Source: Methanomassiliicoccaceae archaeon
GTDB lineage: Archaea > Thermoplasmatota > Thermoplasmata > Methanomassiliicoccales > Methanomethylophilaceae
DNA length: 47,553 bases
Reading direction: 5' to 3'
Assembly (NCBI GenBank): GCA_016282555.1
Contig: JAEEKU010000101.1
Span: 1 to 47,553 of the forward strand
The notes below the pieces were generated by a model. The model worked only from the letters and a program-made list of their open reading frames with translations. It was not told the DNA's origin and made no database searches. This document shows, piece after piece, positions 31,568-41,171 of this stretch (positions within the stretch are counted from its first letter, which is position 1; each line of letters starts with the position of its first letter). A program made the translations under genes and the position numbers.

Positions 31568-31607
31568 GCAGAACTATAGGGATTCTGTTATACACTATAG
31601 TGATAAA

Positions 31608-32120
31608 ATGAAGGGAGATCTCTCGACCCTGAAGAAGATATGCCTGTACGCGTCGAAAGCTATGCTGGCGGGCATGGCCGTTCTTCTGATACTGATTGTT
31701 TTCACCGTTGCGGCGGCCGCCGGGGCCGCGGCGTTTCCGGAATCCTTCGCCGGAGTGCTGGAGTCCTGGACCGGACACGAAGCCGGAACGGCGGCCGGTT
31801 TCGCGGCCGCGGCATGGATCGCCGGAATGATGCTGCTGGGATTCTTCACCGTTTATTCCGTGTACAGGCTGATGAGATCCGTTTACACCGAGCACAGCCC
31901 CTTCAATCCGGGAAACGTCGGCCTTATGATTTCGCTTTCGAAGGCGTACCTGATATCGGCGCCAGCGCTCGGCGTTCTGGAATTCGCTTCGGGCGCGGAC
32001 CCCAGATGGATCGTGTTCGTATTCTTCGGGCTTCTGCTGGTCGGGGTCACGGTATACTGCCTGGGACTGGCGTTCCGCTACGGATGCCTCCTTCAGAAAG
32101 AATCGGACGAGACTTTGTGA
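31608..32120 (+). CDS. DUF2975-like membrane protein
   Basis: Four TM segments, SPF motif, C-terminal GCLLQKESDETL; paired with a downstream HTH gene as is typical. Confidence 0.75.
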   Translation: MKGDLSTLKKICLYASKAMLAGMAVLLILIVFTVAAAAGAAAFPESFAGVLESWTGHEAGTAAGFAAAAWIAGMMLLGFFTVYSVYRLMRSVYTEHSPFNPGNVGLMISLSKAYLISAPALGVLEFASGADPRWIVFVFFGLLLVGVTVYCLGLAFRYGCLLQKESDETL

Positions 32121-32125
32121 GAGAC

Positions 32126-32362
32126 ATGATTATCCTGAGACTCAGAGAGGTTATGGCCGACAGGAAGATGTCCCTGAACCAGCTCGCGGAAGAGGTGGGG
32201 ATATCCAACGTCAACCTGTCGAACATAAAAACGGGGAAAATATCGGCTATCAGGTTCTCCACCCTGAACGGAATCTGCAAAGCGCTGGGATGCCAGCCCG
32301 GGGACATTCTCGAATATGCAGAAGACGGGGAAACAGAGGAGGAACCGGAGGAGAAGAAACGA
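32126..32362 (+). CDS. Cro/C1-type HTH regulator (YozG-like, 78 aa, ends at CGA)
   Basis: MIILRLREVMADRKMSLNQLAEEVGIS...IRFSTLNGICKALGCQPGDILEY; CGA at 32360-32362. Confidence 0.85.
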
Positions 32363-32426
32363 TCCGGACGGCCAACGCAGGGGATCCGGATGATCGCTCT
32401 GAGCGGATGACGGAAATCATAAACGA

Positions 32427-32672
32427 ATCCCCGCTTCCGGTTACAGAGCGCCGTCGGTTTCCTGCGGGGATCTGTCTTCTGGAACGCATATACTGATTCC
32501 TTCAGGAGGTTACGCAGACAACTACGAGTTCTCATACGAATCCGGAGCTCTGGAGATAACTCATTCCGGCGCAGATCCCTGCGTCATTCCCAAGAAAACC
32601 GTTCTGCTCGCCGCTGAAATCGCCGCCGCGGTAATATTCATTCTCGCAGCGATCATGCGTTTCATCTGGTAA
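32427..32672 (+). pseudogene. Remnant 3' end of a surface protein gene (MBG-like domain tail plus TM anchor)
   Basis: Start-less frame reads ...APSVSCGDLSSGTHILIPSGGYADNYEFSYESGALEIT...LLAAEIAAAVIFILAAIMRFIW-TAA. Confidence 0.55.
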
Positions 32673-32757
32673 ACGGAGCTGATAAACAGGTCTGTCCGCG
32701 TCCCGGACAGGCCTTTAATCAAAAAAACCGCGATGCATCGGATACAATTATCCGGAA

Positions 32758-33336
32758 TCGTTTCATAGCCAGACCTGCCGCTGCCGCCGCGAGCCTGGCC
32801 TTCTTCTCCGTATCCGCGCCTGCGATTATCAGAACGTCGCCGTCCCTCATTCCGGTCTGCCTCAGCCTGGCGGCGGTCTCCGGATCCTGCTCGTCCAGAT
32901 TCCAGTTCTTCGGGAATATCAGCTCTCCCTTTATCATAACGAAAACGGAAGCCCCCTCGGCTCCGTTCATCACCGCGAGATCCCTCTGCTTCATCCCGTC
33001 CGTCACGGACGCGGCGGCGCCTCTGACAATAATGCCGTACTGGAAGTTTCCGACGGAATATTTGCTTTCGCTTACGCGGACGAGCTGCATCCCGAACCCC
33101 CTGAACGACTCCTTCCCCAGTTCCGTCAGCGTCACTCCGGACTGCCGGACCTGAATCCATCTCCATTCCCTGAGCACGTTCAGCATGCTTCTGACGCTGC
33201 CCTCGCCTATTCCCAATTCGTCCGCCAGACTCTGCCTGCCGGCGCGCCCGCCGCGGTATATAAGGTCAAGGGCGACGTAGATATGCGCATCGGCGTAACG
33301 CGCTGCGGCGCCGAAAACGGGAGCGGTTATTTCCGT
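32758..33336 (-). CDS. wHTH + DUF4443/DUF2111-like archaeal protein (non-ATG start, CGA stop)
   Basis: GRQSLADELGIGEGSVRSML HTH, GMKQRDLAV..GAEGA. No ATG/GTG/TTG near the expected N-terminus; candidate ACG at 33336. CGA at 32760-32758. Confidence 0.7.
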
Positions 33337-33986
33337 TTCTCCATCCCCCCGGAATCGCACAGTTCTATGTAGGGAAGAACGATCCTCATCGTTTCGGCAA
33401 CCGGAAGCAGCATCCGGGAGGAAATCTCCGGAACGGATTCGCCTCTGCAGAACCTTACGATTATATCCGCCTGCAGCGGAGTCAGCCCCTTGTTCCGCAG
33501 ATATAACGTTCTGGAGATGGTTCCCTCCATCGACTGCATTTCGGCGATTATGCATTCAGTCAGAATACTATCCGCGCCGTTGCGTCCGGAATCCTCCGGA
33601 TGCTTCGCGGAAACCGAATATTCCTTGCGGGACAGCAGGCCGCAGGAGGGACATGTGACTCCGCAGCCCTTGTGCACGGGATCGGTCCAAACCTTCCCGC
33701 ATTTCAGACATGTTATGGTCAGTTCCTTCCTGTACCACAGCCTGCTCCTGCAGGACGGGCACCTTAACGGCCTGGAGCCGGAAGTTATCCATATGTGCCC
33801 GCACCTGAAGCAGTTCGCTTTCCTGACCCCGTTGCGGTTCCAGAGAGCGGATCTGCAAGAGGGGCAGGTCTTCGGGCTGCTCCCGCCGTAACGAGAACTC
33901 CATACGTTTCCGCATACCGAGCAGACGTTGATGCCGGAAACGGAATCGTCCCCCTCGCTGCGGCAGATACGATCTAAACGTTTCAT
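33327..33986 (-). CDS. Protein with three CxxC...CPxC zinc ribbons and a C-terminal HTH-like segment
   Basis: CSVCGNVW..CPSC, CFRCGHIW..CPSC, CLKCGKVW..CPSC; LTPLQADIIVRFCRGESVPEISSRM. Confidence 0.75.
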   Translation of the reverse strand: MKRLDRICRSEGDDSVSGINVCSVCGNVWSSRYGGSSPKTCPSCRSALWNRNGVRKANCFRCGHIWITSGSRPLRCPSCRSRLWYRKELTITCLKCGKVWTDPVHKGCGVTCPSCGLLSRKEYSVSAKHPEDSGRNGADSILTECIIAEMQSMEGTISRTLYLRNKGLTPLQADIIVRFCRGESVPEISSRMLLPVAETMRIVLPYIELCDSGGMEKRK

Positions 33987-34030
33987 GCCGATCCGGTACT
34001 GGGTTTCATCGATCAGTTGAGCATCCCCCG

Positions 34031-34049
34031 ATTGGAATATATTTCCAAT
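34031..34049. promoter_or_regulatory. Palindromic operator-like site ATTGGAA-TATAT-TTCCAAT
   Basis: Perfect 7-bp inverted repeat around a TATA-like spacer, 45 nt upstream of the ATG at 33986. Confidence 0.5.
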
Positions 34050-34141
34050 ATCCGGATTCCCATAATATATGTTATCTGTCCAAAGCAGAACTTATTGTAA
34101 TCACATCCCCGGCGCCCGTACAAAGCGGCGGAGACAGTTTA

Positions 34142-35371
34142 TCGTTTCGGAGAGTCGTCCGGATCATACATCGAAATGGGATCTTCGGTGTATACGGAGT
34201 CGTTTACGACGATTCCGCTTTCGGAATAGGCGTCCTGTATCGCCGTGAACTCCTTGCGTATATCCTTCAGATTCATTTTCAGACGGATCGAGATGACTTC
34301 GGGGCTCATTCCGGTGAAATGAAGCGCGAGTATCTGCGCCTGAAACGGCTCCAGCCCGAGACGCCTGATGAAATACGGTATATTGTCTTTGTAGGAATCC
34401 TTCTTTTCGAGCATTCCGGCGATCACCGAATTCCAGAATTTCTCGTACATCGCGGAGCGCGATCTGCTCATCATCGTTTCGAATCTCACCCCGAGCGCGT
34501 CGACCAGCTCGTTCATGTACGCGCAGCATTCCGGATACTTTCCTTTCCAGAGATACACGCACCCGATCCCGTCTTTGAACAGATACACCAGCCTGTGCTC
34601 CGTATTTTCCCAGAGTACGATCGATCTCTCCTGTCCGCTGTTGGACAAAACGATCCCGCACCCCGGACACAGCCTGCTGACTCTGTCGTCGGAAACCCAT
34701 CCGGTTCCGCAGAATCCGCATCTGAGCTCGAAAGCCGCCGCGCTCCTCTGGCACGCCGGACACGATCTTTCCCTTCTGGAGGGAACGAAAAGCCGCCCGC
34801 ATCCGCCGCACTCTTTCAGTCCGGGCAGCTCGTTCCACAGCTTCGATCTGCAGGAGGGACACGATCTCACGGATTCCGGATCGATGCCCTCGCTCAGAAT
34901 CCATTTGTACCCGCATCTGAAGCATTTAAGCTTGAAGGAAACCGTATTCCAGGTTTTAGACTTGCATTTGGGGCATTTCACGGGCAGATCGGTTCTGCTC
35001 TTCCAGACGTATCCGCATTTGCGGCAGGTGAGGCTGGATATCTTCTGCTCGTTCCATTTTCTGGATCTGCAGGAGGGACACTTCACCGGATAATCCCCGC
35101 CGCGGGACACCCAGCGGTGGCCGCACTGTCTGCACAGAAGCTCCTCGGAACCGGACCGCGCGTAAATCGCCGTTCCGCACCCGGGACAGGATTCGCTGAA
35201 CGTTCCGGGGATCCAGGATTCTCCGCATTTGCGGCAGACATATTCCCCGGACGGAATATCGTAGCGGCGGGAACGGCAGATCGGACAGGACTCCGGTTTT
35301 TTATCGTTACGGGAGACCCAGCGGTGGCCGCACCTGAAACAGTATATCTCTGTCTTATTCCATGCCTCCAT
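34142..35371 (-). CDS. Protein with seven tandem zinc ribbons and a C-terminal HTH-like domain (CGA followed by TAA)
   Basis: Seven CxxCG..W/F....CPxC units; C-terminal FQAQILALHFTGMSPEVISIRLKM; ends CCG AAA CGA TAA. Confidence 0.8.
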
Positions 35372-35631
35372 GTAACCTTTCCCCGAAGCCTTTTTTTATT
35401 TCTGCAATACCACATCCTGAAGCGCGCACCGAGAAGACGGACCCGCATATCCGGATTACTCCGAATAGTTGCGTAACGGACTTATCAGATATAGATTGAA
35501 TCACGGTTTTTGTCCGACTTATCATCCAACCAGAATAATCAGCGCGAACTTGATCCTCAGGCCGGCGTATAAAAAAGAGGCAGCCCGGAACCGTTTATCC
35601 GGACCGCGTTTGATTATCGGAAAAATGTTTG

Positions 35632-36591
35632 TCAGGACGCTTCCGGTTCCTCTTTGTCCCATTTTTTGAACAGAACCGAGTCCATGAACGCCACCCACAT
35701 GATCTCGACCACGATGGAGGTAGCGATAGCCACCATCGCGACGGGAGCGAGCCCGGTTGGAGCGAGAACGGCCATGCACGTGGCGATAGCTATCCCCTTG
35801 TTCTTGTAGGAGACCATCAGAATATCCGTGACCCTCTGGCGGCGGCTGATTCCGATCTTCTTCTCCGCGCTCTCGACCGCGCATCCCAGCCCGAAGGATC
35901 TGAGCGCGGCGATCATCAGGAAAGCGGCGAAAACCCACAGATCCCCCGAGAATTTCGTGGAGCCTACGGACAGCCACACCAGCAGGAAAATGCAGCAGTT
36001 CAGGAAAACCGCCATGATATCCCTGTTCATATTCACCTTAACCAGCAGCCTGGACAGCAGAAGCGGGACCGCGATCAGCTCTATGACGGTGATGAACACG
36101 TTGGTCATGTCCACGGTCTCGCCCAGAGCGATCCACACGATGAACGGTATCCAGAGAAGGGCCAGTATGTACACGATGATGGTTCCCCTCATCGCATGCT
36201 CCATATCTCCGTGGAGAATATACGACAGCGGCCCGACGGAAGCCGCGAACGGCGTGGCGGCGATGAACACCAGACCCATCGCCTGTGTCCCGAATTCCGT
36301 GTCTTTCAGAAGATAATAACCGGCCAGAGGGATAAGCGACGATATAACGAGCCCCAGAATGACGGATCTCAGGACCGATCTGCCGTGCTTTACCGGATTC
36401 AGATTCTCGTACGGTATTCTGGAAAGGGAAACAGTCAGCATGACGGCCAGCGTGATGACGGTAACATCGGAGCGCACTCCGGAAGTCAGAACGTTCCCGG
36501 GGAAAAGCCCGGAAAAATTCGTAATCAGCGCCACTATCAATGCCAGCGTCATCATGAATGCGCTGCTTTTCAGCAGAGTTATGGCTTCCAT
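35632..36591 (-). CDS. Bile acid:Na+ symporter (BASS/ACR3-like) membrane transporter
   Basis: About 10 TM segments; AATPFAAS and SYKNKGIAIA motifs. Confidence 0.65.
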   Translation of the reverse strand: MEAITLLKSSAFMMTLALIVALITNFSGLFPGNVLTSGVRSDVTVITLAVMLTVSLSRIPYENLNPVKHGRSVLRSVILGLVISSLIPLAGYYLLKDTEFGTQAMGLVFIAATPFAASVGPLSYILHGDMEHAMRGTIIVYILALLWIPFIVWIALGETVDMTNVFITVIELIAVPLLLSRLLVKVNMNRDIMAVFLNCCIFLLVWLSVGSTKFSGDLWVFAAFLMIAALRSFGLGCAVESAEKKIGISRRQRVTDILMVSYKNKGIAIATCMAVLAPTGLAPVAMVAIATSIVVEIMWVAFMDSVLFKKWDKEEPEAS

Positions 36592-36725
36592 GTGCCCGTA
36601 AAGAGCGATCTCGTTTTTAAATTTAATGATAAACATTAAAAAATTAATTCTGATATTTAAAACATGCTATCGGCGAAACCGTTTCAATCATAACGGTTAT
36701 AATCTTCTCCATTTATCCCCGGGGC

Positions 36726-37640
36726 ATGTCAGCCGTCAGACCGGTCAAGGCCGGATGGTACAACGTATTCAGGCCATGGACGCTCCACGGGGCGGTAGTG
36801 CCGGTGCTCATAGGCGGCGCGGTTGCTTACTGCGAGGGAGAATTCAGCATTCCCCTCTACATTCTGGTCATGATCGCCTCCGTTCTCCTGCAGTCCGCGG
36901 CGAACATCCTGAACACTTACGGAGATTTCAAAAACGGATACGACACCGTCGAGAACGAAACCAGATCTCCGGAGCTGGTCACCGGCAGGCTCTCTCCCGG
37001 ATCCGTTCTGAAAGCGGGAATATTATGCATCGGTATAGCCGCGGCCATCGGACTCGTTCTCTTTTACTATGCGGGATGGCCGGTCTTCATATACGGCGTC
37101 CTCGGCGTGATCGGCGCGGGAACGTACACCGTCTGCGGCTCGTACAAATACCTCGGCCTCGGACAGGCCAGCGTCTTCGTTATGATGGGATTCCTCATGC
37201 CGCTCGGAACGTACAGCGCCATGACCGGGGATTATTTCTCGGCGGAGGTATTCCTGCTGAGCATCCCCAACGCGTTCATGATAACCGCGGTCCTTTCCGG
37301 AAACGAGATGAGAGATTACGAAGAGGACAAAAGATGCGGGGTGATGACCCTCTCCCAGCGCCTCTCCTACGAGAACGGGATGAAATTATACCTCTTCGAG
37401 AGCGCCGTCTCGTTCCCGGTTCTTCTGATCTTGATTATTGCCGGATACGCACCTTTATGCACCGCGCTGGCATTCCTGACATTATACGATCTGCACAAGG
37501 TAATCGGAAACAGCAGGAAAGCGCCCTCCGACGGCAAGGCCGCGTTCATGCTGGTGCCTCTGGCGTTCAGGCTGAACTGGCACTTCGGAGTTCTCCTGAC
37601 CGCCGGGTATCTTATTCAGAATCTGTTTCTGCCCTGGTGA
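36726..37640 (+). CDS. menA: 1,4-dihydroxy-2-naphthoate prenyltransferase (MenA/UbiA family)
   Basis: RPWTL, ANILNTYGDFKNGYD, YKYLGLG, NEMRDYEEDKRCGVMTL. Confidence 0.8.
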   Translation: MSAVRPVKAGWYNVFRPWTLHGAVVPVLIGGAVAYCEGEFSIPLYILVMIASVLLQSAANILNTYGDFKNGYDTVENETRSPELVTGRLSPGSVLKAGILCIGIAAAIGLVLFYYAGWPVFIYGVLGVIGAGTYTVCGSYKYLGLGQASVFVMMGFLMPLGTYSAMTGDYFSAEVFLLSIPNAFMITAVLSGNEMRDYEEDKRCGVMTLSQRLSYENGMKLYLFESAVSFPVLLILIIAGYAPLCTALAFLTLYDLHKVIGNSRKAPSDGKAAFMLVPLAFRLNWHFGVLLTAGYLIQNLFLPW

Positions 37641-37646
37641 TATCAA

Positions 37647-38396
37647 ATGGCTGAAGAGGAACTCAAGAAAGGAAACCAGTTCGAAGGCAAGGAAGAGTAC
37701 ATCAAAGACGTGTTCACGGAAATCGCGGACTACTACGACGAGATGAACGAGATAATGTCGATGGGAATGGTTCAGGGCTGGCACAGATTCATGATGAAAA
37801 AGGCCGGGGACATTTCCGGCAAGAGATGCCTCGATGTGGGCACGGGAACGGGAGAGATAGCGTTCCACGTCGCCAGAACCGCCGGGAAGGGCTCCGAGGT
37901 GATCGGCGTGGACATAACCCCTAAAATGCTGGAGCTCGCTGAGAAGAAAGAAAAAGAGCTGGATCTCCCGGTGAAGATAACCTGGAAAACCGGAGACGCC
38001 CTCGCCCTGGAGTTCGAGGACGGGTATTTCGATCTGGTCACTTCCGGATACATGCTCAGAAACGTGACCGATATTCTCCAGGCGGTCTCCGAAATGCACC
38101 GGGTGCTGGCTCCCGGCGGGAAAGTCGTCGTGGCGGAGCTTTCCAAACCGAAGAACTCCTTCGTCCGCTTCTTCTACAACCTGTACATGAGAAGGGTGAA
38201 GAGATACGGCCGGAAGTACGACAAAGGCAAATCCATCGACGGAAGGCAGTCGGCGTACCAGTGGCTGACCACGTCCATAGAGGGATTCCCGTACGGCGAG
38301 GACATGGTGAAGATCTTCAGGAAAGCCGGATTCGAGGACGCCAGATACTACGTGAAATCGTTCGGGGCCGTGAACATCTACGAGGGCACCAAATGA
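37647..38396 (+). CDS. ubiE: UbiE/MenG family SAM-dependent methyltransferase
   Basis: VFTEIADYYDEMNEIMSMG, LDVGTGTG, GDALAL, LRNV, EMHRVLAPGG. Confidence 0.85.
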   Translation: MAEEELKKGNQFEGKEEYIKDVFTEIADYYDEMNEIMSMGMVQGWHRFMMKKAGDISGKRCLDVGTGTGEIAFHVARTAGKGSEVIGVDITPKMLELAEKKEKELDLPVKITWKTGDALALEFEDGYFDLVTSGYMLRNVTDILQAVSEMHRVLAPGGKVVVAELSKPKNSFVRFFYNLYMRRVKRYGRKYDKGKSIDGRQSAYQWLTTSIEGFPYGEDMVKIFRKAGFEDARYYVKSFGAVNIYEGTK

Positions 38397-39040
38397 AGGA
38401 GTATACGCTCTACATCCTCGATTTCGACAACACCCTGTTCGATACCAGCGGGGGACTGAAAGTCATTATGGATCACGCCCTCGCCGCGGCCGGCCTTTCC
38501 TATGACGAAAAAATATTCCCGAAGATAGCCGGGAGGACCATGGAGCAGATCTTCGAGATAACCGTGGGCGACGAATCGAAAAGAGAGACTTTTTACGAGC
38601 ATTTCCGCGAAATTGTGGACTCCGATGCCTATCTGAAGGGAGGAAAACCCTTCCCGGAGACGGAGGAGGTCCTTTCAGAACTGAAAAGAAGAGGGAAGCG
38701 CATCGCGATAGCCTCCGGAAAATACCGCTACAAGATAGAGAACCTTCTGGAAAAATACGGAATGCTGGGTTATCCGGAGAAAATCGTCGGATACCACGAC
38801 ACCGCCCGCAGAAAACCCTTCCCGGATCCCATCCTTCTCGCGATGTCCGGATCCGGCGTTCCCCCGGAGCAGACGGTATACGTCGGGGACAGCCCCCACG
38901 ACTCCGCCGCCGCGGAATCCGCCGGGATAGATTCGGTGATCGTCAACAGGCACAACGGCCTCACCGAAGACGGGATAAAATGCACCTTCGAAATATCCTC
39001 CCTGGAAGAACTTCTGGAATACGGTGACGCTTCCGTTTAA
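38393..39040 (+). CDS. HAD family phosphatase (phosphoglycolate phosphatase-like)
   Basis: LDFDNTLFDT, KPFPDP, YVGDSPHD; ATGA overlap with ubiE. Confidence 0.85.
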   Translation: MKEYTLYILDFDNTLFDTSGGLKVIMDHALAAAGLSYDEKIFPKIAGRTMEQIFEITVGDESKRETFYEHFREIVDSDAYLKGGKPFPETEEVLSELKRRGKRIAIASGKYRYKIENLLEKYGMLGYPEKIVGYHDTARRKPFPDPILLAMSGSGVPPEQTVYVGDSPHDSAAAESAGIDSVIVNRHNGLTEDGIKCTFEISSLEELLEYGDASV

Positions 39041-39064
39041 ATACGCCCCGCGGATACCCGTCCG

Positions 39065-39706
39065 ATGAAAAAACTCCTGATCTTCGATCTCGACGGAACC
39101 CTTTCCGACTCCTCCGCCGGCGTCATCCACTGCTACAAAAAAACCTGCGAGAAGTTCGGCGTGAAGAACGTTCCGGAAGAGGAATTCAGAAAAGGACTCG
39201 GAGGACCTTTCGCCGAAAATCTTCTCAGAATAACCCGGCTCCCGAAAGAAAGGCTCCGCGAAGCCGTGGATTATTACGTTTCGGTGTTCGCATCCGAGGG
39301 ATTCGGGATGTGCAGGGGATTCCCCGGGATCAGGGAAACGCTGGATAATCTCAGATCCCAGGGATACAGAATGTGCGTCGCGACCCTCATGGCGGAGGAT
39401 TTCACCGGAAAATTTCTCAGAAAACTGGGAATAGACTGTCTTTTCGATTCTGTCAGAAGCGCGAACGTCTCCGTTCCGGTAACGAAAAAGGAGCTCATAA
39501 TGAAATGTCTGGAAGACACCGGAACCTCCGGAAAGGATGCGGTTATGATCGGCGACAGCGCCGACGATATGGACTCCGCGGCGGAAACGGGGCTCGGTTT
39601 CATCGCGGCCGCCTACGGATACGGCCTTCCGGAGAGCGTCTGCATCGAAAAGGGAATAAAATACGTGAGAAAACCGGAGGATCTCCTCGTGATCCTCCGG
39701 GAATGA
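39065..39706 (+). CDS. HAD family phosphatase
   Basis: IFDLDGTLSDS, MIGDSADD. Confidence 0.85.
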   Translation: MKKLLIFDLDGTLSDSSAGVIHCYKKTCEKFGVKNVPEEEFRKGLGGPFAENLLRITRLPKERLREAVDYYVSVFASEGFGMCRGFPGIRETLDNLRSQGYRMCVATLMAEDFTGKFLRKLGIDCLFDSVRSANVSVPVTKKELIMKCLEDTGTSGKDAVMIGDSADDMDSAAETGLGFIAAAYGYGLPESVCIEKGIKYVRKPEDLLVILRE

Positions 39707-39719
39707 ACCCTATCCGGAT

Positions 39720-41135
39720 TCAGAACGTTTTAGGTTTTCTGCTGTTGTACACGGCGTAAACGGCCTTGTACAGCATGTAGAGATCGGCTTTGGATATTAC
39801 TTCTACCGGAGCGTGCATCGAAAGCACGGGGACCCCGATGTCCACGGTGTCGATGTTGTGCACGGATATCTCCGACGCGATGGTCCCTCCCCCGCCGATA
39901 TCGATCTTTCCGAGCTCTCCCATCTGCCAGGACACTCCGCTCTCCCTGAAAATTCCCAGCACGTATCCCATCATCTCCGCGGAAGCGTCGTTGGTGCTGT
40001 ACTTTCCTCTGGATCCGTCGTATTTGGAGATTATGGGGCCGCAGTTGATGTAAGCGCAGTTCTTGGTGTCGTAAACCTCTCCGAAAGCCGGATCGAACGC
40101 GGATCCCACGTCCGCGGACAGGCACACGGAATTGCGGAGAACGTGCCTAACTTCTATGCCCTCGCTCTGAGCCAGATCCTCGACGAAATCCCTGAAGAAA
40201 TAAGATCTCATGCCGGTTACCCCGTCGGATCCCGTCTCTTCTTTATCGGCGAATATCGTCAGGGTGGTGTATTCCGGATCCTTCGTGTCGATCTCGGCCA
40301 TGAGTTCCGCGTAAGCGCAGGAGCTGTCGTCCTGTCCGTATCCGGCGATCATGGATCTGTCGAACCCCATATCCCTGGCTTTGAACGCGGGAACCGCGCA
40401 GAGCTCGGCTGACTCGAAATCATCCTCGGCGATTCCGTATTTCGCGTTGATAAGAGACATTACAGCCAGCTTTATCTTGCTCTTAACTTTCTCGTCATCG
40501 TAGGGCCAGGATCCGATCAGAATGTTCAGCTGCTCCCCGTCGATGACTTTGGAGGCCGTTTTAGACATCTGATCCTGGGCGAGATGAATGAGAAGATCGG
40601 TGATGCAGAACGACGGCTCGTCCTCTTCCTCCCCTATCTTTATCTCGACGGAGGTTCCGTCCTTTCTGATCACGACTCCGCGGATGGAAAGGGGAACGGT
40701 CGTCCACTGGTATTTCTTGATGCCCCCGTAGTAATGAGTCTTGAAATATGCCATCCCCGAGTCTTCGAAAAGCGGGTGGGGCTTGAAATCGAGCCTGGGG
40801 CTGTCCGCGTGAGCAACGGAAACGCGCATGCCGTCCGCGAGAGGCTTCTTCCCTTTGGTGCACATGAGAATGTTCTTCCCGCGGTTCACCATATAGAACT
40901 TGTCGCCGGGGCGGTAGACTTTGCCGCGCGCGAACTCCGTGTATCCGTGCTCTCCGAGAAGGGAAACGGCGAACGAGACCGCTTCCCTCTCGGTCTTGCA
41001 GGAAAGGAATTTTTTGTATCCTTCGCAGAAAGCGGATGCTTTCTCTTTGAGCGAGGGATCTTTCTCAATCAGCGTTCCGGGATTTCTGAGAAGCTCCTCC
41101 TCGAGGCGCTGGCCTTTGGTCTTTTCCTCATCCAT
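39720..41135 (-). CDS. M18 family aminopeptidase (ApeA-like)
   Basis: AHADSPRLD, HYYGGIKKYQW, GYGQDD, DKEETGS, GGGGTI, SMHAP. Confidence 0.9.
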   Translation of the reverse strand: MDEEKTKGQRLEEELLRNPGTLIEKDPSLKEKASAFCEGYKKFLSCKTEREAVSFAVSLLGEHGYTEFARGKVYRPGDKFYMVNRGKNILMCTKGKKPLADGMRVSVAHADSPRLDFKPHPLFEDSGMAYFKTHYYGGIKKYQWTTVPLSIRGVVIRKDGTSVEIKIGEEEDEPSFCITDLLIHLAQDQMSKTASKVIDGEQLNILIGSWPYDDEKVKSKIKLAVMSLINAKYGIAEDDFESAELCAVPAFKARDMGFDRSMIAGYGQDDSSCAYAELMAEIDTKDPEYTTLTIFADKEETGSDGVTGMRSYFFRDFVEDLAQSEGIEVRHVLRNSVCLSADVGSAFDPAFGEVYDTKNCAYINCGPIISKYDGSRGKYSTNDASAEMMGYVLGIFRESGVSWQMGELGKIDIGGGGTIASEISVHNIDTVDIGVPVLSMHAPVEVISKADLYMLYKAVYAVYNSRKPKTF

Positions 41136-41171
41136 GCCCCGGTAACAGGATAATCCGTATAAATTACTGCT

